DNA of 64,000 bases from Lingula anatina (lineage: Eukaryota; Animalia; Brachiopoda). The notes under the pieces were generated by a model. The model was not told the origin of the DNA and searched no databases. It worked only from the letters and a program-made list of their open reading frames with translations. The position numbers and the translations under genes were made by a program. The stretch is taken from contig CM120641.1 of the NCBI GenBank assembly GCA_051362555.1, positions 28,402,401-28,466,400 of the forward strand, given 5' to 3'. Shown here piece after piece: positions 45,001 to 64,000 of the stretch. Numbering within the stretch: position 1 is the stretch's first letter; each line of letters opens with the position of its first letter.

Positions 45001-46143
45001 ATTGAAAAAATCTAATCTTGTTTTTCATTTTTTTTTTACAGGACAAAGAAGATGATGAGCGACCTCAACCGGACATAGACTTCACTCTTGGATCCAAGTT
45101 AAGGTTAGTAAATTTTATTTTTCTTTGGTGGTAGGATAGGTAAATTGAAAACATCTAATCTTGTTTTTCATTTCTTTTTACAGGACAAAGAAGATGATGA
45201 GCAACCCCACCGGACATGGACTTCACTCTTGGATCCACGCTAAGGTTAGTAAATTTGATTTTTTGGGGGTAGTGGGATGGTTAAATTGAAAAAATCTAAA
45301 CTAATTTTTCATTTATTTTTACAAGACAAAGAAGATGATGAGCGACCCCACCCGGACATGGACTTCACTCTCGGATCCAAGCTAAGGTTAGTAAATCTTA
45401 TTTTTGGGGGGTAGTGGGATGGTAAAATTGAAAAAATCTAATCTTGTTTTTTATTACATTTTACAGGACAAAGAAGATGATGAGCGATCCCATCCGGACA
45501 TGGACTTCACTCTTGGATCCAAGCTAAGGTTAGTAAATTTTATTTTTTTGTGGTGGTGGGATGGGTAAATTGAAAACATCTAATCTTGTTTTTCATTTCT
45601 TTTTACAGGACAAAGAAGATGATGAGCGACCCCACCCGGACATGTACTTCACTCTTGGATCCAAGCTAAGGTTAGTAAATTTGATTTTTTGGGGGTAGTG
45701 GGATGGTTAAATTGAAAAAATCTAATCTAGTTTTTCATTTATTTTTACAGGACTAAGAAGATGATGAGCGACCCCACCCGGACATAGACTTCACTCTTGT
45801 ATCCAAGCTAAGGTTATTAAATTTTATTTTTCTTTGGTGGTGGGATGGGTAAATTGAAAATATCTTATCTTGTTTTTTATTTCTTTTTACAGGACAAAGA
45901 AGATGATGAGCGACCCCACCCGGACATAGACCTCACTCTTGGATCCAAGTTAAGGTTTGTAAATTTTATATTTCTGGGGTGGTGGGATGGGTAAATTGAA
46001 AAAATCTAATCTTGTTTTTCTATTCTTTTTACAGGACAAAGAAGATGATGAGCGTCCCCACCCGGACATGGACTTCACTCTTGTATCCAAGCTAAGGTTA
46101 GTAAATTTTATTTTTTTGGGGTGGTGGGATGGGTTAATTGAAA
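1..46143 (+). repeat. Tandem satellite-like array, ~142-bp monomer, ~324 copies, truncated by the left window edge
   Basis: Core GACAAAGAAGATGATGAGCGACCCCACCCGGACATGGACTTCACTCTTGGATCCAAGCTAAG recurs every 141-144 bp (first core 3-64, second starts 145, last 46035-46096). Copy number estimated as span divided by ~142. Confidence 0.99.
3..46096 (+). ncRNA. Putative multi-exonic repeat-built non-coding transcript (each monomer = 62-nt exon + ~80-nt intron); transcription unproven
   Basis: Unit 1: AG at 1-2, exon-like 3-64, intron-like 65-144 = GTTAGT...GGGGGTAGTGGG...TCTAAT...TTTTTCATTTACTTTTACAG. The same signal set is present in nearly all units. Two consecutive 62-nt cores joined give a TAA or TGA in every frame. 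No promoter or terminal exon is visible in the window. Confidence 0.4.
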
Positions 46144-49100
46144 CAAGGCAGCAAAGCTGTCAAATGTACAGACAAAAAGCAGAAAATAAAAATGCAGAAA
46201 ATAGGATACTGTTAATTCTGATGCACTTATGTATTATGCGTAACTGAATAGTCAACATCAAATTTTAATTCTGCACAACAGTGGATTAGGATTAAAGTAA
46301 AATGTGTAACAAGTATTAGACTGCATTCCCATACCTTTATCAATCTTACAGGATCAATCTAACTCCAAGGGGTTTCTCACTAAATTTCTTTCAGCTTAAG
46401 CGGCTTAGGATTCTGGCATGCCAGTTTCAGTAGGTGTCACAGACAGCTTAGCCACTTACATTGATTGCAATTTAGCAAGAATTCCCTTGGAGATAGATTG
46501 ATCCAAAGTTAGCATGATAGGGTCTGGAAATGGCCCCTAAGGCCTCAGGCTGATAAGAGTTAAAGTTTATATTTTGGAAATGCCAGAATGAGAATAAGTG
46601 ATTCAATAGAGCTGTTTTTCTAATTTGGGCTCTATGCCAATCCTAAGAATCATTCTTGTAAGTTAAAAAATACAGGAAATGTTACAAAGTAACAGTACAG
46701 GGCTCCTGGTGGATGAGTGATAAGTCACATCTTGAAAATGCCAGTTTGAAAAATTAAAAATTAAAAAAAGAAAAATTACAAAAATATTCCACTAAAGCTG
46801 CCATTCAGTCTAGTTGTATTACCATGATATGAATCATCTGACTTGAGTTTAAACAGTTTAAACAACTCACAGAAATATAATTTATTTTGTTTTAGCACAA
46901 AATGGCAGTCATAGCTATTATTCTGATATCTGAACTTGTCATCAGACCATGTGACCTCCATAGATAAACTCTGTAATAATCTCTTAAGAGATTATAACAA
47001 AAAAACTTTTTAGAAAAAAATCATTTTTTGCCAAAACAAACAGTTATTATCCCTTTTAACTGCAAAGTCAAGTTGCAAATATTGCACAACAGGTAGTATC
47101 AATAAAAGTGAACTGTTACATGCTCTTTGGAGTTATAAGTCCCACACTGAAAATGCCAATATGTGAAAGATAAATATTTCACAAAAATGTACAATAGAAT
47201 AACATGGCCAATAAGATTACATTTTCAGGACCACATGTGAGAGTTCAAATTCACATAATGAAAATCCCAATATGTGAAAAATGATGACAGTACCTAAAAT
47301 AATATTACACAATGCTTAAAGACATAAAAAGCAACACAACTGCTAATGTGGAAATACAGAAAATGTACAATGCTTCTGGTGGATGGGAGTTAAAAGTGAC
47401 ATCTTGAAGATGCTAGTGTTTGAAAAATAATTTTAAAAAAATGTAAAATAAAACATGCTATTCAAACTTTTAATCTAGCTGTATAACTATAAACATGATA
47501 TGAATAACCTTATTGAATTTGAGAATAAGGCACTGTTATTCATCTTTAGCATTAATGTAAGCGTTACACAAAATTTTTCTTTTGTAAGCTTATTTTCAAT
47601 ATAAAACAACATTTACCTGCATAATTATCATCGATTCCTAATTATGTGACACAGTTAAGAGAGCTAAACCTATAGGACTTTACAAAGAAATCTCAACGTG
47701 TGTTATATGTAATCTCATTAAATGGCCACTTGAAAATTAATTAAGCAAATTACTCTATAACCCTGAATTTAGCTAGTGATGACCCAGGGGGCAATAACAT
47801 ACTGAGCGCTATCCATATACATTTATTGCACCATTTAGCACTCTACAGAACTGCATTGCTTCCAAAACAGAAAACAACCACACTGATTTTCCAACACAAG
47901 CTGCACTTCAGACCTATAAAACTTTTCTGTAAGTATGAGTATCATAAGTAACATGGTTTTCCCTTACTAGTAATCGCTATCCTGGCAGCAGTGTCCGAAA
48001 TGGGGTTTTCTTCAACTTTCATGCAATTTAACATAATGCTTAACAGCATAATGACCATCAATTTATAATAATATAGTAACAGTATCATGGATATTCAGAA
48101 AACATAATTAGCAGTGGTCTTCAAGCCAACAGAAGTTCAAAGTCACATCTTGAAAATGTCCTTATGTGAAAATTTTAATTCTCACAAAAAACTATATAAT
48201 TTCCAGAAAAGTTAATTGATAAAACAGGTTTTCCAACTGAAGCTACATTTTAGTCCTATGCAACTTTTCTGTAAGTTTGAGAAGAGTAAGTGACATGGTT
48301 TTCTTTAAATGGTCACTATGGAGGCAGTGACCAAAATAGGATTGTCTTCAATTTTGATGCAATTTAACATAATGCTTAACAGCATAATGACCATCAATTT
48401 TTTTATAAAAAAATAAAAGTATCATGGATATTCAGAAAATGTGATATAGGAAGGTCTTCAAGGCCATGGAAGTTCAGTCACACTTTCAAAATCCCAAAAT
48501 GTAAACAAGAGACTTTATAGACCTTAATCTAATTAGTGATCACCCAAGGGACACTTTCATACTGACTGCCATCCATACAGTACCATCATATAGCACTCTA
48601 TAGAACTGCATTGCTTACAAAACAGAAAACAATCACACTGATTTTCCAACACAAGCTGCACTTTTCAGTAAGTACCATGGTTTTGTGTCCAAAATATTTT
48701 TTTTCCATTTTGATGCAATATTATATAATGCTTAACAGCATAATGACCATCAATGTTTAATAATAAAATAAAAGTATTATGGATATTCAGAAAATGTGAT
48801 ATGGGAAGGTCTTCAAGGCCGTGGAAGTTCAGAGTCACACTTTCAAAATGCCAAAATGTAAACAAGAGATAACTGTACTGAATTGATTTTCTTACCATTT
48901 TCAGCACCTTTTTTTACATAAAACAAAATAATCAATTTACTGTCATTTTTAAATGATCAACTAAAAAAAATTGTTGACATAAGAAAAATATCAATGGAAC
49001 AATTTTAAATGTCCAATTTGCTCCATTCTGAGATTCTGAACATAGTGAATGATTGAATGTGACAAACTGTAAAGATATCATTTTTTCCCATTTTTGACAC

Positions 49101-49789
49101 TTTATTACACAATACACAATAACAGGTTTACCATCATTTTTAAATAATCAACTAACATGTCAAAAGAAAAACTTTACATATCTAATTAGTTCAAAAATGA
49201 GACTGTTAACATGCCTGAGAATTAAATTTGAGGAAAAAACATATACAAAAAAAGGCATAACTTCACCAAAATGTACCTGATCAAGCTTATTTTTAAAAAT
49301 TAATCTGTATTTCAGTAACATTGATCACTCCTGTGAATTTCAAGACAATTGGCCAATCAATTTTCCTTAAAATGTGTTATAGGTGTTGCATATATGCTGA
49401 AAAAAGTGAAAAAAAAAAACAGCAATCTTTTATAAAAATGGCAAGATCATGCCAATTTTCTAACTTGACCTGCATATTATGGATATTCATCAGTTCTGTA
49501 AGTTTCAATCCAAAAGGAAAAATGATTTTCCAGTTATCATGTTATCAGTGTTGCATAAATGCTGAAAAAACTGAAAAAACAGCATAACTTTTATAAAAAA
49601 TGGCCCGATCATCCGGATTTTCGAACTTGGCCTGCGTATTTTGACTATTCATCAGTTCTAGAAGTTTCAAGCCAAAAAGTAAAATGGTTTTCCACATATC
49701 GTGTTAGCGGTAAAAGTGCACAATGACGGCAATAGCGACGACAGATGCAGGTGACGGCTAATGTACACATCTGTGTCTGTACATAAAAA
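46141..49789 (-). mobile_element. Non-autonomous Helentron-type element (HINE/DINE-1-like), copy 1, ~3.65 kb
   Basis: Subterminal inverted repeats ATGTACAGACA (46164-46174) and TGTCTGTACAT (49774-49784); short terminal stem-loop GGCAGC-AAA-GCTGTC next to AAACAAG; decayed GACGGC-type microsatellite near 49725-49745; internal tandem repeats; A/T-run ends with no TSD; both ends homologous to 52893-54681. Confidence 0.8.
47900..48870. repeat. Internal ~340-bp diverged tandem repeats of HINE copy 1
   Basis: ATGCAAT...ATAATGCTTAACAGCATAATGACCATCAAT recurs near 48021, 48357 and 48713, and in copy 2 near 53268 and 53590. Confidence 0.85.
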
Positions 49790-50213
49790 TCTTTCACATT
49801 AGTTCTTCAATCAACCAATTGAGCAACCTTTTTTTTTTTTTGTAACTGCTTCAATTTCTTTCAAGAATCCAAGTGCATTTTCTGGCTTTAAATCTGAGAA
49901 TAAACAGTAAATTTTTTCAGTAAATAGCTAGAACTGAAACTGTTAACCTCCAATATTCCAATGTCCACCTAAAGTATTTTCAGTAGGGCATGTGGCTATC
50001 CAGTGGAGAAGCCTCCATCCAAGAGATGTGTACTTGCCCCCCACCCCCCCAAATTAATGACAATGCTTTAGATAGACATTTAAATATTTCATGTACACAA
50101 CTTCACATCGTGATGTTGAAGTTACCATTTTATTCCAAGCTGATGAAATTTTCTGACTTCAAACCCAAATCGTGAACTTGGATATACACAAAACAAGAAT
50201 AACTTTTTTCTGT

Positions 50214-50219
50214 TTTATT
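50214..50219 (-). promoter_or_regulatory. Candidate poly(A) signal of Smurf (implies ~2.2-kb 3' UTR)
   Basis: Minus strand reads AATAAA followed about 15 nt later by GU-rich TTCTTGTTTTGTGT. Other minus-strand AATAAA hexamers exist (51697-51702, 50129-50134), so the choice is inference. Confidence 0.4.
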
Positions 50220-51416
50220 TATTCACTGACCATGAATAATTTCACCTGCTTTCTGTACAGATACTAATGTGACAAAAGAAAAAATGGCAAGGAACCACTG
50301 TAACTGTGGTTTGCCTTACCTACGCTCAATATGCTACATTTATACTGAATACAGCAATATACAAAGCAATTCATTTTGTTCTACTATCTACCAACCTAAC
50401 TAACCTCTTACTAGAAGGGTGCTGACAAATCCTACACAAGACTGACCAGACTTAAAATTACAATACTGTACAAAAGTAGACAGACAGCTGATATCAAACC
50501 ATGAAGTTGTTGTGTATTATAATAGCTTAGCTTTTTCATTTGCATAGCTAGTGCTCTGGATTTTAACCTCATAAACTTCTGGATGCACTGATCAAAGATC
50601 AACAATGATAATTGGAACAATGATGTTCATGACACACTGTAACAGATTTTATCCTAAAGTTAACATGTAACACTGTAACGATGTTTAATATTGCCAAGTG
50701 GTGGCTATACTGGCAAGACATTACCATAAACTTGATAAAAATGTATGAACATTTCATATTCATTTAAATCTATCTCTTACTCAACAGCTGATATTAATGG
50801 ATACTTCAGATTGAGCAATGTTTGATGTTTGAGGCAAAGAACAGCGGTGCAATATATATAAAGAAAATATATTGTTATATTCTTACATATTTTCTAAAAA
50901 TGGTTTGCACCAGTATTATAAGATACTTCTTACAAAATCAATATCTATTTGACGCAACATCCTTAATTCCAGGATAGCAATAATCAAGAAATTTGTCTAG
51001 GAGTGTGAAACTTTAAAAAAATCAAAATAGTTTGACATGATTCAACAAATAACATTTTTACTGTTTTGACTACATTACATATCCTCAGCCATTGCCAATA
51101 ATCCAGGTATTAAAAATCACAAATCCTAATGTCTTAATAAAATGTAACAGGTAACCATCTGATGAAAATCCTTTTTCAGCATGCAGATTATTCATCTCCA
51201 ATCTTTCCAAGATCCAGAGCTTTGCAACCTATAGCTTCTAGCCAACAGTAAATAAAATACACTGGGCCTCCAAGTTCAAACAGCCTACTTCACAAAATGA
51301 TAAAAAATTCACAATATTCAACAGCACCTTGGAAAACAGTACATCTAGCTCAAGGCTGAAGACCAACATATACTTCTCCATCACATTGCATTGCTTTAGT
51401 TGCAGCATGCAGAGAA

Positions 51417-51452
51417 GGGGAGGGGGTGGGGGGAGGGGGTGGGGGGTGGGGG
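51417..51452 (+). repeat. G-run tract (G-quadruplex-capable on +; C-rich on the Smurf sense strand)
   Basis: Six runs of 4-6 G separated by single A or T. Confidence 0.85.
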
Positions 51453-51505
51453 TGAGAGGCAGCTTTTCTTGTGCTCAATCCAAATGTGCAAACTTAACCT
51501 GCACA

Positions 51506-51550
51506 ATGATGATGACGACGATAATGATGACGATGATGGTGAAGACGATA
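51506..51550. repeat. Imperfect (GAT/GAC)n microsatellite
   Basis: ATGATGATGACGACGATAATGATGACGATGATGGTGAAGACGAT seen directly. Confidence 0.8.
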
Positions 51551-52413
51551 TCAACCATATGACTGGTGACATTCTGTTCAAGTAGGCACCAATTTACTGG
51601 ACTCGAACAATGTACAAAAGTATAATGATAAGTATATGCCTCTGTATGCTACATTTTTTTCCCTAGGATTAATCAAAATAACCCTATGGCAGATGATTTA
51701 TTAAACTGTCCATTTCTTATATTAAGATGTTATTCAACCCTTGACTGAAAATAAGTCAACTGCGAGAGCAGTGGGCAGTGTAAACAGACAGGTGTCATCC
51801 CAAGTCTCTCCACTGTGTATGAAAATATATCAAAGAAAGATGCCGCTAAAAGTCCTTTTCATCATCAGATCCCCTAATTATGAAGTCACTAACTGTTCAA
51901 CATATAGGTCGAGAAAGCACTGCATTCAGGCTGACATTGCTAAGCATTTAGCTTCTGAGCACAACCTTTTTAATACAAACTATGGGAAGGGGATTGAGAA
52001 AAATATTCGAGCAAGACAACAAAAGATTTGACATCTGTGCACTGGCATTGTGAAACAAGTGGTCGCTCTCACCACTTGTGTGTATGTGAGTGAGGTACAT
52101 GTAAACATCCACTTCTTCCTCCTCCTCCGCCTGTGTTATCCTCCCCCTTTGCTTGCAATACTACGATTTCATTGCCACAGCATATCACGACATCACACCT
52201 CTACATAGTTGTTGTCACTGAAGCATACCGGAAGTATTGTCAAAACAATATGCCTTTCTCACTGCCAAAACATCAACAAAATGGGTAGTATCTCGTGATG
52301 CCCGTCACACGTCAATCCTTCCTCTAACAAGTGTGACCGTCTAGTAGGGTGCCAATACATCATGTGACAGGGGAAGATATGCAAGACAGACCCTCAATAT
52401 CTTCTTGCTCTTA

Positions 52414-63490
<11,077 letters not shown>

Positions 63491-64000
63491 CTAAAATAAA
63501 GAAACAATTATTTACAATCATCATATTTCAGAATTGTAAAGGGGGGAAAGCGATATAAATGGCACACTCAAAGCAATTTATGCAACATACTCTAATATGT
63601 GCATTAAAACAGTTCCTTAAAAAAAAGAAAACACTACTCTTACATCATTTATGCACCCAAAAGTCAAGTTCAATTACCACAGCTGTTTTTAACATCCACT
63701 ACATTCCTATCCTTTAAAATATCTTCCTTTTAAAAAGAAGCAAATACACAAGGTTTAAGATGGTACCAAATCATATATTTTTCAATGGTAGCTGAAATCT
63801 TATGCCACTGCCCTTAACCTGATGAGGGGTCATCTTCCTCTTTGTTATTTCAGTTTGTACCACCTGCCACATAACAGTGACTTGTGGGCACTTTAAAATG
63901 TCACTCCCTTTGTCATCACCCAAGCATTTCCATACAGTTGAAACAGTTTTAAACATCTAAAGATTTTTTACACATCATACAAAATAAAATCATTTGAAAC

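Noticed and set aside
1-46143. CRISPR-like repeat/spacer pattern with a palindromic repeat
   Set aside because: Spacers are all variants of one ~80-bp sequence, the repeat is 62 nt, there are no cas genes and the context is eukaryotic.
1-46143. Centromeric identity suggested by near-nucleosomal monomer length and higher-order repeats
   Set aside because: Not supportable from sequence alone; it needs CENP-A data, and a conserved gene lies about 6 kb away.
690-46247. Dozens of 60-164 aa ORFs in the array
   Set aside because: They are read-throughs of one to three monomers ended by T-run indels, F/L/K-rich where they cross the spacer, and resemble no protein family I recognise.
49828-49841. 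T14 run as a retrocopy poly(A) tail
   Set aside because: No TSD or recognisable element body; simple homopolymer.

Overview
Eukaryotic (animal-type, AT-rich, GT-AG introns) DNA with two parts. (1) 1-46143 is a tandem array of about 324 copies of a ~142-bp monomer, open at the left window edge, with nested higher-order periods and divergence that rises toward its right edge. The main observation is that each monomer reads on the + strand as a complete splice unit: a conserved 62-nt (61-63) exon-like core plus an ~80-nt intron-like spacer carrying an AG|GTTAGT donor, G-runs, a CTAAY branch point about 26 nt upstream of the acceptor, a pyrimidine tract and YAG. Splicing all units together hits stops, so if transcribed it is most simply a non-coding RNA of 300+ exons, or a satellite born from an exon-intron unit. 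Transcription cannot be shown from DNA alone. (2) 46141-64000 holds two copies of a Helentron-type non-autonomous element (HINE/DINE-like), one capping the array, and the last 12 coding exons of a Smurf (Nedd4-family WW-HECT E3 ligase) gene on the - strand, convergent with the array. A small MITE, a templated intronic duplication and microsatellites are also present. The ORFs listed inside the array are artefacts of the repeat. All counts and comparisons were made by eye.
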